In this document: positions 12,804-24,799 of the stretch, piece after piece | Layout: each line of letters begins with the position of its first letter | Numbering within the stretch: position 1 is the first letter of the stretch | Made by a program: the position numbers and the translations under genes | The notes under the pieces: generated by a model | What the model was told of the DNA's origin: nothing | Seen by the model: the letters and a program-made list of their open reading frames with translations, nothing else | Databases searched by the model: none | Assembly: GCF_006345805.1 (NCBI RefSeq) | Contig: NC_042997.1 | Span: 11,408,001 to 11,472,000 of the forward strand | Length of the DNA stretch: 64,000 bases | Source: Octopus sinensis | Lineage: Eukaryota | Direction of reading: 5' to 3'

Positions 12804-12979
12804 AATTTAACTCCTTAAAACACGATTATTTGAAGTTAATCAAAAATGCTTGTTCTAAAATCTCTCAAAGATATCAACGCAGTAGTTGTCGGATGCAGCT
12901 GTGCATCGTTAACTAACCAGAGGAGATGTCTTCTTGGGGTTAAAATATCTCAGTAGAGTCCGTTCGAACAGACAACTAT

Positions 12980-13572
12980 AGTTATGGTAAGACCTCACCT
13001 GGAATTTGCATCACCGGTCTGGAACCCCTATCTTGCCCAGGATATCAATCGTCTGGAAGCCGTTCAGCGTCTTGCAACCAAAAGAATACCCCCCATCAGG
13101 CCTTTGCCATATTCTGAACGCCTTACTTCCCTGGGCATGGAGGACACATTGAAACTCCGATGTCTGGCAGCTGACTTGGCAGACACCCATAAAATTATCA
13201 ACCATCTTACAAACAATAACTCTGAGCACCTTTTCAAACTCCACCCGTCTAACACCCGTGGACATATTTACAAAGTCAGAAAACAGCACAGCTCTCATGA
13301 CTTTAGGAAACATTTTTTCACGCTGAGAGTTGCTGAAGCATGGAACAAACTGCCGGCATCAGTTGTTAGTTGTCGGATCACTGCATCCTTCAAAACTTCC
13401 ATGCTTTCTGAGATTCGCCAACACTACACCTGATTTCCTCCCCTCCATACACACACAAGCATGTATCTGACTCATACATTGTTCACTTTCCAGGCATTTG
13501 TACATTACTGCATATACTCTATATGCACTTTATGACAAGTTGTGGTGCACCTGAGCACTGTATACAATAATT

Positions 13573-13640
<68 letters not shown>
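12980..13640 (+). mobile_element. 5'-truncated CR1-clade LINE with (ATT)n tail
   Basis: ORF 12984-13433 has VRPHLEFASPVWNP...LEAVQRLATK...YSERL...TRGH...RKHFFTLRVAEAWNKLP, a typical CR1 ORF2 C-terminus. (ATT)n runs ~13575-13640. Confidence 0.92.
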
Positions 13641-14191
13641 TAAAATGGATACAAATATTACTTTTAAGTTAGCATTTTGAAACAAAGGGAGAGCACTTTT
13701 ACACAAAATATAACAGAGTTACTCCCAATAAAATTGTATTTTAAGACGTACGCCAACATGCAGTTTGAGAAGATTACTTTAGACGCGTTGTTGATGAGAG
13801 GCAGATGCTCATATTTATGGTATTTAGTTTCTGCTCATTAATTATTCCAATTTCAAGGCCGGCTGGTGTTTATTGTGTCCTTTGTTTTTAATCTCCTTTC
13901 TCGAGTTGATATAAATACGTATCGGTCTTGATTTGCAGTCCATTCAATAAAAAAGAGGCTTTGCAAATTGTAAGAAAATATTTTTAAGAAGAGAGGAATT
14001 AGTTTACTATTTACTATGCGGTTCTAAGAAGAATAAAAACATACAAACTGGCCGGGCTTAATAGCAAAATAATAGCAAAAATAAATAATAATAAAACTAC
14101 AAAATATACCATACAATGGAAGCCACTTATTGTAATCACCTTGGAACGGAGCCGTTTCCATAACGATAGCAAGCAGATATTACTGGTTTCA

Positions 14192-14344
14192 TAAGGCGGC
14201 GAGCTGGCAGAAACGTTAGCACGCCGGGCGAAATGCTTAGCGGTATTTCGTCTGCTTTACGTTGTGAGTTCAAAATCCGCCGAGGTCGACTTTGCCTTTC
14301 ATCCATTCGGGGTATTTAGCCCCTTGTGGGTAATAAAGAAATAT
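14192..14344 (+). mobile_element. tRNA-derived SINE family B, internally deleted copy
   Basis: Head AAGGCGGCGAGCTGGCAGAA, with TSD ATATTACTGGTTTCA at 14177-14191 and 14345-14359. The body GTCGACTTTGCCTTTCATCC resembles the Meta-type SINE central domain (from memory). Confidence 0.85.
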
Positions 14345-14582
14345 ATATTACTGGTTTCAAATTCTGACTGAGGGTCAGCAATTTCGAGGTAGAGGATAAG
14401 TCAATTACATCGACCCCCGTTCTCAAATGGAACTTATTTTATAGACCCCGAAAAGATGAAAGGCAAAGTCGATCTCGGACGGATTTGAACTCGGAACGTA
14501 AAGACGGACGAAATGCCACTTGTCATTTTTGCCCTGCGCGGTAGGAGACACCAATTTTGTTATCAATATTCGTTCGATAACA

Positions 14583-15349
14583 AGGCGGCGAGCTGGCAGA
14601 ATCGTTAGCACGCCGAGCGAAATGCTTTGTGGTATTCCGTCCGCCGCTGCGTTCTGAGTTCAAATTCCGCCAAGGTCGACTTTGCCTTTCATCCTTTCGG
14701 GGTCGATTAAATAAGCAGCAGTTACGCACTGGGGTCGATATAATTGACTTAATCCGTTTGTCTGTCCATATTTTGTCCCCTCTGTGTGTAGTCCCTTGTG
14801 GGCAGTAACGAAATAAGAAACGATAGTACGCCGGGCGAAATGCTTAGCGGTATTTCGTCTGCCGTTACATTCTGAGTTCAAATTCCGCCGAGGTCGACTT
14901 TGCCTTTCATCCATTCGGGGTCGATAAATTAAGTACCAGTTACGCACTGGGGTCGATGTAATCGACTTAATACGTTTGTCTGTCCTTGTTTGTCCTCTCT
15001 GTGTTTAGCCCCTTGTGGGTAATAAAGAAATAGGTATTTCGTCTGCCGCTACGTTCTGAGTTCAAATTCCGCCGAGGTCAACTTTGCCTTTCATCCATTC
15101 GGGGTCGATAAATTAAGTACCAGTTACGCACTAGGGTCGATGTAATCAACTTAATCCGTTTGTCTGTCCTTGTTTGTCTACTCTATGTTTAGCCCCTTGT
15201 GGGTAGTAAAGAAATAGGTATTTCGTCTGCCGCTACGTTCTGAGTTCAAATTCCGCCGAGGTCGACTTTGCCTGTCATTCTTTCAGGGTCGATCTAATCG
15301 ACTGGCCCCCCTCCACCAGAATTTCGGGCCTGTACCTAGAGTAGAAAAG
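14583..15349 (+). mobile_element. SINE family B multimer (about 3.5 units) within a single TSD
   Basis: TSD AATATTCGTTYGATAACA at 14565-14582 and 15350-15367. The body is repeated and the last unit ends in an alternative tail (...CCTAGAGTAGAAAAG). Confidence 0.85.
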
Positions 15350-15889
15350 AATATTCGTTTGATAACATTATCTGTGATTACAATATACGACCTTCCTTGC
15401 GATGGGTTTTCGAGAACGAATGGATATATAACAAATATAACAGGTATTTAACATCTATTTTAGTGAAGTAATAGAGTCAGCCTCTACATCAATGCTTCCC
15501 TGCCTGGGAATTTCAATGGATCTTGAAAATTCAAATAGAACACCACTTGCCTTTAAATACCAATACAGAAAAATTGTGTGTGTGTGCGTATGTGTATGTA
15601 GTGGGAGGAGTGGGTGGATGCTAGCCGATCAAGAGTTTGTGCTGGAGAAAAGGTTAGAAAACGCTGCTCAATGTGAACACTGTGATTTGCTAGAAATAGC
15701 AAACAAATTTCCCTCAAAAGACAGCCTACAGTTTAAAACAAAGTAAATAAAGAAAGACATATTGGAGAAATAAATAAATAAAAACACATCGGATAATGTT
15801 ATCCCAGAAAAAAAAAAAAAAAAGCAAGGAAAACTGGCCCTTGGATTTGCTAGAAATAGCAGGTCGAAAAACGAAACAAGGGTTGGTCT

Positions 15890-16066
15890 GTTGTCTCGAG
15901 AATATGCATTTTGTTTACATTATTTACATTTGACGGATATTTGTCCTCAGATTGTTTGTTGTTAACAACGTTTCGGCTGATATACACTCCAGCCTTCATC
16001 AGGTGTCTTGGGGGAAATTTCGAAACTGGGTTCTCATTCCTAAGGTAATTTTTCGATGTTGTTATT

Positions 16067-16110
<44 letters not shown>

Positions 16111-16340
16111 TATTATTATTATATTATTATTATTATTATTATTATTATATTATTATTATTATTAAGATCACTGCCTGAAATCGAACTCGGAATCTTGGGG
16201 TGGTAGCCCGCGCTCTTAACCACTAAGCCCATGGGCATATGGCGTAGTGGTAAGAGCGCGGGCTACTAACCCCAAGATTTCGAGTTCGATTTCAGGCAGT
16301 GATCTGAATAATAATAATAATAATAATAATAGTAATAATA
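15890..16340 (-). mobile_element. Composite short element: inverted-duplicated tRNA-like head, (AAT)n/(GAT)n, hammerhead-bearing tail
   Basis: tRNA-like arms lie at 16165-16229 (-) and 16241-16305 (+), with a hammerhead at 15964-16006 (-). The tail sequence recurs at ~12170-12205 and 32131-32235. Confidence 0.65.
15964..16006 (-). ncRNA. Minimal type I hammerhead ribozyme motif
   Basis: The minus strand reads ACAC-CTGATGA-A-GGCTG gagtgtatat CAGCC-GAAA-CG-T-T-GTT. Stem II is a perfect 5 bp and stem III is palindromic. Stem I is only 2 bp in this copy. Confidence 0.7.
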
Positions 16341-16607
16341 ATACACAGCCACTCCTGCGCCTATACTAATATACTAATATGATGGAATATTCCGTCGAAG
16401 ACGATGCATGAGCTTTCAGCTTTTGCCAAAAGACCTGCGCAGATGATTTGTTTATAGTGATTGCTGAGTAATGTGAAATGAAGTGTTTTGCTCAAGACCA
16501 CAACGCAGAACCCGATCCAAGAATTGAAACCGCCATCTCGCTATCGTGAGCGCAGCATCCTAACCACTAGGCCATGCGTCATCACGAGCACTGTGTAGCA
16601 CAATCTT

Positions 16608-16820
16608 TTCTACTCTAGGCACAAAGCCCGAAATTTTGGGGGAAGGGTGCTGGTCGATTAGATCGACCCCAGTACGCAACTGGTACTTAATTTATCGCCC
16701 CCGAAAGGATGAAAGGCAAAGTCGACCTCGGCGGAATTTGAACTCAGAACGTAGCGACGGGCGTAATACCGCTAAGCATTCCGTCCAGCGTGCTAACGAT
16801 TTTGCCAGTTCGCCGCCTTC
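16608..16820 (-). mobile_element. SINE family B copy with alternative tail
   Basis: Reverse complement of the family B head and body, with the tail seen at 15290-15349. Confidence 0.85.
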
Positions 16821-16960
16821 GCTATGTAGCACAATACAATACAGAAGTGCAGTAGTACAATGTGACCATTATATTATCACAATGCAGTCGTACAGTAATA
16901 CAGTATAACACACTACATTATAGAGCAGTATAACAGACAAGTTGTGCAGTACAGTTGAAC

Positions 16961-17421
16961 AGGCGCAGGAGTGGGTGTGTGGTAAGTAGCTTGCTTACCA
17001 ACCACATGGTTCCGGGTTCAGTCCCACTGCATGGCACCTTGGGCGATTGTCTTCTACTATAGTCTCGGGCCGACCAAAGATTTGTGAGTGGATTTGGTAG
17101 ACAGAAACTGAAAGAAGCCTGTCGTATATATATAGTGTAATAAATAAAATATATGCATACATCCATACATATATGTACGTACCTACATCTACATGTATAT
17201 ATACATGCATATATAAATATATATACGTGAGTACAGGACACCACAAATAGACGTAGAACTCAACGAGAAACGAAAACGGAAAAACAAGCATGGAACAAGC
17301 CATTTTTTTACAACAGAAAAACAGTACAAGACAAACTACACAAGGAAAAAAAACCCTTCATCAGCTGTCCCTAGTTCAACTCTAGCGTGTTTCGAAGGTA
17401 GGACTATGTGTGTGTGTGTGT

Positions 17422-17462
<41 letters not shown>

Positions 17463-17612
17463 TGTTGACGTCCCCGTAACTTAGCGGTTCGGCAAAAGAT
17501 GCCGATAGAATAAGTACTAGGCTTACAAAGAAAAAGTCCCGGGGTCGATTTGCTCGACTAAAGGCGGTGCTCCAGAATGGCCGCAGTCAAATGACTGAAA
17601 CAAGTAAAAGAG
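16961..17612 (+). mobile_element. SINE family A split by an insertion in its central microsatellite
   Basis: The 5' half is at 16961-17125 and the 3' half at ~17461-17612. The insert at ~17227-17405 is a reverse-complement relative of 10765-10985. Confidence 0.8.
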
Positions 17613-17852
17613 TACACTACATTAAAATAACGGCGCCGTACAGTATTGCAATCCTGTGTAATAAGTGCAACGAAACAGGAATAAGCATCGTCTTCACCCT
17701 TGCATATTACCATGCAAGTGTGATGATAATATTTATTACTTGTCCTTGAGATGCCTATAGCAGAGTCCACAACGCCACCAGCTTTGGCTTTCTCTTCTTT
17801 GTCCATTGAAATTAGTTTAGTTGACATGTTTTATAGCAATATCTTATATCAA

Positions 17853-18256
17853 ACTAGCAGTATCGCCCGGCGTTGCTCGGGTTTGTAAGGGAAATAACTA
17901 TATAAGCATTTTTAGAGAGTTATAACCAAAAAATAGCAAAAAAAAAATGCATTAAAAATGGAAAAAAAATGATGGTAAATTTTTTTAAAAAATCGTTGAC
18001 TCATCGTAGACATTTTTAGAGAGTTACTTCCCTTATATAATAGCGAAAAAATGCATTAAAATGGAAAAAAATGATGGTAAATTAAAAAAAAAATCGTAGA
18101 CTCATCGTAGACGCGCGCTAATACCCAGAAGGGCTCGATATGAATCACGACTATAAGATACCCGGTTTTGGTTAAACTGCACCGCAAAATGTGGGAGTAG
18201 TTAGGAATCTAAATCGTAGGAGACAGACACACAACTTGACTTTTATATATAAAGAT
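17853..18256 (+). mobile_element. HINE-like non-autonomous element with internal tandem duplication
   Basis: Same 5' ~120 bp as 5049, a duplicated ~105-bp block, and an end of AGACAGACACAC...TTTTATATATAAAGAT. Confidence 0.65.
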
Positions 18257-18500
18257 TATGAACTCAAAAGTGAACCTTTAACCTTAAATCGTCTGCTTCA
18301 TTGATAATTTGTAATTCATCAATGACTAATGTTTGTAATGAGTCATGCTTCTTCCTCTAATGTCGATCTAACAAACCATAGTAATATATCTTGTTTGAAT
18401 GCATCGGCAAAAAATTAAACAGAAAATTAAATAAACTATTTAGTTTTTGGATTTGGTTTGCAAGATTCTTTATATGAGTTAGTGTGTTGAAGTATATTCT

Positions 18501-18786
18501 GTTGTGCCTGGGGAGAGTTATTTTCTTTTTGTGACTTTTATAAATTAACACACTCACCAGTAAAATTTCCACTTATTTCTTATTTTTATTTTCCTAAAAT
18601 TTTCGTTGCGTCTTGCAACCTTTTCAATAGTCAAGACTATTGAAAAGGTTGCAAGACGCAACGAAAATTTTAGGAAAATAAAAATACGCAACGAAAATTT
18701 TAGGAAAATAAAAATAAGTGGAAATTTACCGCTGAGTGTGTTAAATTATAAGGCACAAAAAGAAAATGACTCTCCCCAGATACAAC
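18501..18786. repeat. Foldback palindrome with perfect 52-bp core arms
   Basis: 18581-18632 is the exact reverse complement of 18635-18686 (2-nt spacer). Diverged arms extend to 18501 and 18786, and there is a 30-bp tandem duplication at 18657-18716. Confidence 0.95.
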
Positions 18787-19267
18787 TAAATGAACTATAT
18801 TTGAATAGATTATATATTAATGACTTATATTTTTAATCTAAAATATTTTTTACGTTAATGATAAATAACAATAACAATATCGATCATACTGCCGTCCGAA
18901 AGCGATAAATCTATGTTAGTGAATTTTTAAAATTTTCGATGTTTATTACGACAATTGTGTTTCAGGTTAAAAAAAAAAAGACCAAAACGAACGCGCAATG
19001 AAAAGAGTTGTTTCCCTTGTATTGTTTGCCACAATATTAGTTTTAAAATCTGCAGTTTTGTGATACCAACGGAAGATAATTTTACTGAATTGAACAACAG
19101 TAAAATTGTTCCGATTTTTAGGTATCCCGGTCCTTCCCTACGTGGTTTTTGGAAGAACATTAGTAACCGAGGGAAAAAGAAACCAAAAAACAAGAAAAAC
19201 AGCAGTGCCTATGCATAATTTTAGGTTCAATAACACCCAGAAAGTTCGCTACACCTTGAGGTACCTA

Positions 19268-19514
19268 TTTCTTTATTACCCACAAGGGGCTAAACACAGA
19301 GGGAACAAACAAAGACAGACATGGGTATTAAGTCGATTACATCGACCCCAGTTCGTAACTGGTACTTAATTTATCGACCCCGAAAGGATGAAAGGCAAAG
19401 TTGACCTCGGCGGAATTTGAACTCACTACGTAACGACAGACGAAATACCGCTTAGCATTTCGCCCGGCGTGCTAACGTTTCTGCCAGCTCGCCGCCTTCT
19501 GCCAGCTCGCCGCT
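19268..19514 (-). mobile_element. SINE family B copy
   Basis: Reverse-complement match, flanked by TTGAGGTACCT on both sides. Confidence 0.9.
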
Positions 19515-19860
19515 ATACTTTGAGGTACCTGGATCGGTTGAACGGAAGAATTATGATCTTCCGCTAGCACTGAAGATCTCTAAAATGGTCAGTATACTAC
19601 ATATAATATTCAAGTTCATTGAGATTCAATTCTAAAAAAGAACTATTTTACATTCTCTCGAAAGTTTATTAATTCTTATGACGTCAACAATATCTGTGTG
19701 TGTGTGTGAGTAGGACTCCACCGCGTTACGGTTTCATCGGGTTACGGGATTTCGAGCTTATGAAGATTGTAAAGTATCACCTCTAATTCTAGTCTTAATG
19801 TCGCCTTTACCGGAACTCGGATAAATTTTATTTTATTTTTTTTTATTAAAAAATTTTTTT

Positions 19861-20082
19861 TTTATTGCCCACAAGGGGCTGAACATAGAGGGGACAAACA
19901 AGGACAGACAAACAGATTAAGTCGATTACATCGACCCCAGTGCGTAACTGGTACTTAATTTATCGACCCCGAAAGGATGAAAAGCAAAGTCGACCTCGGC
20001 GGAATTTGAACTCAGAACGCAGCAGCGGACGAAATAACACACAGCATTTCGCCCGGCTTGCTAACGTTTCTGCCAGCTCGCC
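19861..20082 (-). mobile_element. SINE family B copy
   Basis: Reverse-complement match ending GCCCCTTGTGGGCAATAAA plus an A-rich tail. Confidence 0.9.
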
Positions 20083-20187
20083 ACAAATTTTCGCAATTTA
20101 AAAAGACCGCTTCTCGGCGTTTTAGCTAAGATCAATGAACTGTTAACAATCGGAAAATCTATAATCACAATACGTTTATAGGACTGT

Positions 20188-20256
<69 letters not shown>

Positions 20257-20358
20257 CAGCGTTTGTCTATGGGTCACTACTAAATTTGAAGGTGTGTAGG
20301 GTGGAATTTTTAATGTAAATATTTGTTTACGTTTGTGTATATTTTCTCGAATCACAGT

Positions 20359-20413
20359 CTATGTATGTATGTATGTATGTATGTATGTATGTATGTATGT
20401 ATGTGTGTGTGTA

Positions 20414-20448
<35 letters not shown>

Positions 20449-20581
20449 GTGTGTGTGTGTCTGTGTATGTATGTATGTATACATGTATGTATGTATGTAT
20501 GTATACATGTATGTATGTATGTATGTATGTATGTGTGTATGTGTATGTGTGTGTGTATGTATGTATGTATGTATGTATGTA

Positions 20582-20614
<33 letters not shown>

Positions 20615-20995
20615 ATGTGTGTGTATGTATGTACGTGTGTGCGTGTATGTATGTATGTATGTATGTATGTATGTATGTATGTATGTGTGTGTGTATGTGT
20701 GTGTGTATGTATGTATGTGTGTGTGTATGTATGTATGTATGTATGTATGTATGTATACATGTATGTATGTATGTATGTATGTGTGTGTGTGTATGTATGT
20801 ATGTATGTATGTATGTATGTATGTATGTATGTGTGTGTGTATGTATGTATGTATGTGTGTGTATGTATGTATGTATGTATGTATGTATGTATGTATGTAT
20901 GTATACATGTATGTATGTGTGTGTGTATGTATGTATGTATGTGTGTGTATGTATGTATGTATGTATGTATGCATGTATGTATGTATGTATGTATC
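20359..20995. repeat. Compound (GTAT)n/(GT)n microsatellite, ~635 bp
   Basis: Directly visible; it produces the MYVC/HTYI pseudo-ORFs. Confidence 0.98.
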
Positions 20996-21414
20996 TTTGT
21001 GTGTATGTTCCCTTTCTCTTTTTACTGTAGAATAAATCTTGACCAGCAACCTTGACATTTCGCCCATACAGTTTCAGGTTGTCGACAAAGAAAAGGTGGG
21101 AGATACTTCTGGATCCATTATATGACCACTATGTTCTGTGAGCAGGTGTAATAGGGGTTTTAATGAGAAGATAAAGGGCAACACGGACAGGCTAACACCC
21201 TGAATGATACGTCTTTGGTAGTGAATAGTATCAGATCAGATTCAACTGATGTGAGAGACTGATCACCAACAACAATACAATTCAGAACAATATGACCACC
21301 ACCGTATGTATGTATGTATGTATGTATGTACGTATGTATGTATGTATGTATGTATGTATGTATGTATGTATGTATGTATGTATGTATGGGGGAACACGTA
21401 CATGTATGTATATA

Positions 21415-22030
21415 TTTCTTTACTACCTACAAGGGGCTAAACACAGAGGGGACAAACAAGGACAAACAAAGGGATTAAGTCGACTACATCGACCCAGTGC
21501 GTAACTGGTACTTAATTTATCGACCCCGAAAGGATGAAAGGCAAAGTCGACCTCGGCGGAATTTGAACTCGGAACGTAAGGGGAACACATACATGTATGT
21601 ATGGGGGAACACATACGCCACAGAAACCGGAAACCGGGCCCATGAGCCTGGCTAGGCTTGAAAAGGGCGTATAGATAGAAAAAAATAAATGTAGTGGGGG
21701 GCGGATGCAATGGCCCAGTGGTTAGGGCAGCGGACTCGTGGTCGGATGATCGCGGTTTCGATTCCCAGACCGGGCGTTGTGTGTGTTTATTGAGCGAAGA
21801 CACCTGAAGCTCCGCAAGGCTCCGGCAGGGGGTAGTGGCAACCTCTGTTGTACTCTTTCGCCCCAACTTTCTCTCACTCTTTCTTCCTCTTTCTTGAGTA
21901 ACGCAGCAATGGACTGGCGTCCCGTCCAGCTGGGGCGGGGTGTGAACACATACGCCACAGAAACCGGGAAACCGGGCCCATGAGCATGGCTAGGCTTGAA
22001 AAGGGCGCATAAATAAAAAAAATAATAAAT
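21415..22030. mobile_element. SINE cluster: family B (-, 21415-21578), family C tail fragment, family C short-tail copy (+, ~21697-22025)
   Basis: The short-tail form contains GATGGACTGGCGTCCCGTCCAG, resembling the V-SINE central domain (from memory). Confidence 0.8.
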
Positions 22031-22758
22031 GTGCACGGAAATAGCTAGAGAATTTTTTGGGTTCAAACTAAGACATTCATGGGGCAAAGTGTCCTTGAAC
22101 CTGGCAACCTTTTAATTAATTGTGATTATTCAGTAGTTACTCTAAATAATACATTTTATCGTGTCCCTTCAGTCTTTCATCTTATTTCGATTCTTACGTC
22201 CACAGCTACGTATGCGACAAATTGTTTTTGTTCTCACAAAACAGATCTTTTTGTGAGATCTTTTCTTTTAACTACGTATTCATTGTAGATAATTATTTAT
22301 CGCTGCTGCTTTTGGATTTGCCTACAGTTCAAGATATATAGAAAGAAGCCATCTAATGAAACTGAAGACAATAGTGCGAAAGAAACCGTAAGAAGATTAT
22401 GCTGAATATTAAACTTGATGGTTTAAAAAGCGTTGATGGAAAAAAAGACGAGCCACATTGCCAGACAAAAGATTAGCCACATTGCTAGACAAGAAGTTAG
22501 CAACATTGTCATGTGTGCAGTGCAAACAAGCATTGCAAAAGAGAGAAAATTAAGACAAGTGTTCAAGAAGCAATTCTGTAGTTCAGATTTTACATTTTCA
22601 TAGATCCAATGTGATGATTAAAATGGAACGACTCTGGAGTGTATCGATCGCGAATCTGACTCTAGTAATGTGCCAATAAGCAAGATGGTAGTTTGTAGAA
22701 AAAGGGAAATGAAACTTTTAATGAAAAAAACCTTTTCTCGTTAGCAAAGGCTAGTTTG

Positions 22759-23238
22759 GTGGAGGCGCGTGGCTTAGTGGTTAGGGTGTCAGCATTATGA
22801 TCGTAAGATTGTGGTTTTGATTCCTGGACCGGGCGTTTCCCGTTGCTCCAGTTCACTCAACTGGCAAAAATGAGTAACACTGCGATGGACTGGCGTCCTG
22901 TCCAGCTGGGGAACACATACGCCATTGAAACCGGGCCCATGAGCCTGGCTAGGCTTTAAAAAGGGCGCATTTATTTGTGGAGGCGCGTGGCTTAGTGGTT
23001 AAGGCGTCAGCATCATGATCGTAACATTGGGGTTTCGATTCCTGGACCGGGAGACGCGTTGTGTTCTTGAGCAAAACACTTCATTTCACGTTGCTCCAGT
23101 CCATTCAGCTGGCAAAAATGAGTAACACTGCGATGGACTGGTGTCTCGTCCAGCTGAGGAACACATGCGCCATAGAAACCGGGAAACTGGACCCATGAGC
23201 CTGGCTAGGCTTTAGAAGGGCGCATTTATTCATTTATT
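22759..23238 (+). mobile_element. Head-to-tail dimer of a short V-domain-like tRNA SINE (family C-related)
   Basis: Two copies starting GTGGAGGCGCGTGGCTTAGTGGTTA, with a single TSD AAAGGCTAGTTTG at 22746-22758 and 23239-23251. Confidence 0.9.
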
Positions 23239-23292
23239 AAAGGCTAGTTTGAAATGTTTAAGAAGCGCTTGAATATGTGCAACATAAAATGA

Positions 23293-23509
23293 CTCTTTTA
23301 CTATTTTACTCTTTTACTTGTTTCAGTCATTTGACTGCGGCCATGCTGGAGCACCGCCTTTAGTCGAGCAAATCGACCCCGGGACTTATTCTTTGTAAGC
23401 CCAGTACTTATTTTATAGGTCTCTTTTGCCGAACCGCTAAGTGACGGGGACGTAAACACACCAGCATCGGTTGTCAAGCAATGCTAGGGGGACAAACACA
23501 GACACACAA

Positions 23510-23540
<31 letters not shown>

Positions 23541-23713
23541 CATATATACGACAGGCTTCTTTCAGTTTCCGTCTACCAAATCCGCTCACAAGGCTTTGGT
23601 CGGCCCGAGGCTATAGTAGATGACACTTGCCCAGGGTGCCACGCAGTGGGACTGAACCCGGAACCATGTGGTTGGTAGACAAGCTACTTACCACACAGCC
23701 ACTCCTGCGCCTA
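23293..23713 (-). mobile_element. SINE family A, full length
   Basis: Reverse complement of 7398-7838. Confidence 0.92.
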
Positions 23714-23804
23714 TAACTGTTGAAGCTTCCGTAGCCAATAACGGTAGTTGCTATTGATTAACCTGAGCAGCTAAGATAATAACTACTGAAATGTATTAGA
23801 CACC

Positions 23805-24118
23805 GGCGTTGTGAGTGTTTATTGAGCGAAAACACCTAAAGCTCCACGAGGCTCCGGCAGGGGATGGTGGTAATCCCTGCTGTACTCTTTCACCACAACT
23901 TTCTCTCACTCTTACTTCCTGTTTCTTTTGTACCTGTATTTCAAAGGGCCGGCCTTAGTCACTCTCTGTGTCATGCTGAATATCCCCGAGAACTACATTA
24001 AGGGTACACGTGTCTGTGGAGTGCTCAGCCACTTACACGTTAATTTCACGAGCAGGCTGTTCCGTTGATCGGATCAACCGGAACCCTCGTCGTCGTAACC
24101 GACGGAGTGCTTCCATCC
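23805..24118 (+). mobile_element. 5'-truncated SINE family C, long-tail form
   Basis: Matches 8025-8330, with TSD ATTAGACACC at 23795-23804 and 24119-24128. Confidence 0.9.
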
Positions 24119-24376
24119 ATTAGACACCAAAGCAAGTATACAATGTTGACTTCATGAGACTGCACTTTCCTGAAAGTCCATATTTGAACTTATATTTCTC
24201 GAGAAGAAGAAAATCAAACAAACAAACAAACGAACAACAAGATTTAAAGTTTCAAATTCATCTGACGCTTTTAGCGAGCGGAAATTTCGCTGGTGATATG
24301 AAATAAAGTCTCTGTATACGTTCATACTAGAACGTGGAAGAGGAGAAAAGAGGGAATTCTGTTATAAGCACGCCGT

Positions 24377-24416
<40 letters not shown>

Positions 24417-24504
24417 ACACACACACACAGACACACAGACACACAGACACACACACACACACTCACACACACACACACACAATGTTTGCTTTTATGTTTC
24501 TTTC

Positions 24505-24775
24505 TTTTACTTTCTTTTATTTGTTTCAGTCATTTGCTGCCTGCGGCCATGCTGGAGCACCGCCTTTAGTCGAATCAAATTGACTAGTACTTATTCTATC
24601 GGTCTCTCTTTGCCGAACCGCTAAGTTACGGGCACGTAAACACACCAGCATCGGTTGTCAAGCGATGTTGGGGTGGGGTGCAAACACAGACACACAAACA
24701 TATCTATCTATATATATATATATATATACATATTTACGACGGGCTTCTTTTCAGTTTTCGTCTACCCACTCCTGC
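24505..24775 (-). mobile_element. SINE family A, partial or deleted copy
   Basis: Reverse-complement match with internal deletions. Confidence 0.85.
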
Positions 24776-24799
24776 TGTGTGGTAAGTAGTTTAGTTATA

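Larger units (their letters stand above)
22375..24180 (+). pseudogene. Tigger/pogo (CENP-B-like) transposase relic interrupted by four SINEs
   Basis: With the SINEs removed it reads RKKIMLNIKLD...SNVMIKMERLWSV...SKG*FEMFKKRLNMCNIK...EASVA...TPKQVYNVD.ETAL, matching Tigger ASKGWFxxFKKR and YxPxQVFNxDETGL. Confidence 0.75.

Noticed and set aside
16233-16305. Functional tRNA gene
   Set aside because: The acceptor stem does not close properly, the apparent ACT anticodon is atypical, and it is followed by (AAT)n and duplicated in inversion. Treated as a SINE-type head.
20323-21067. Long ORFs of 220-246 aa (MYVC/HTYI repeats), and similar ones at 34643, 54215, 54810 and 61474
   Set aside because: Stop-free translations of microsatellites.
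22355-22395. CTGAAGA...GAAA hammerhead-like spacing (similar cases at ~34063, ~49497 and ~54734)
   Set aside because: No stem II or stem I pairing.
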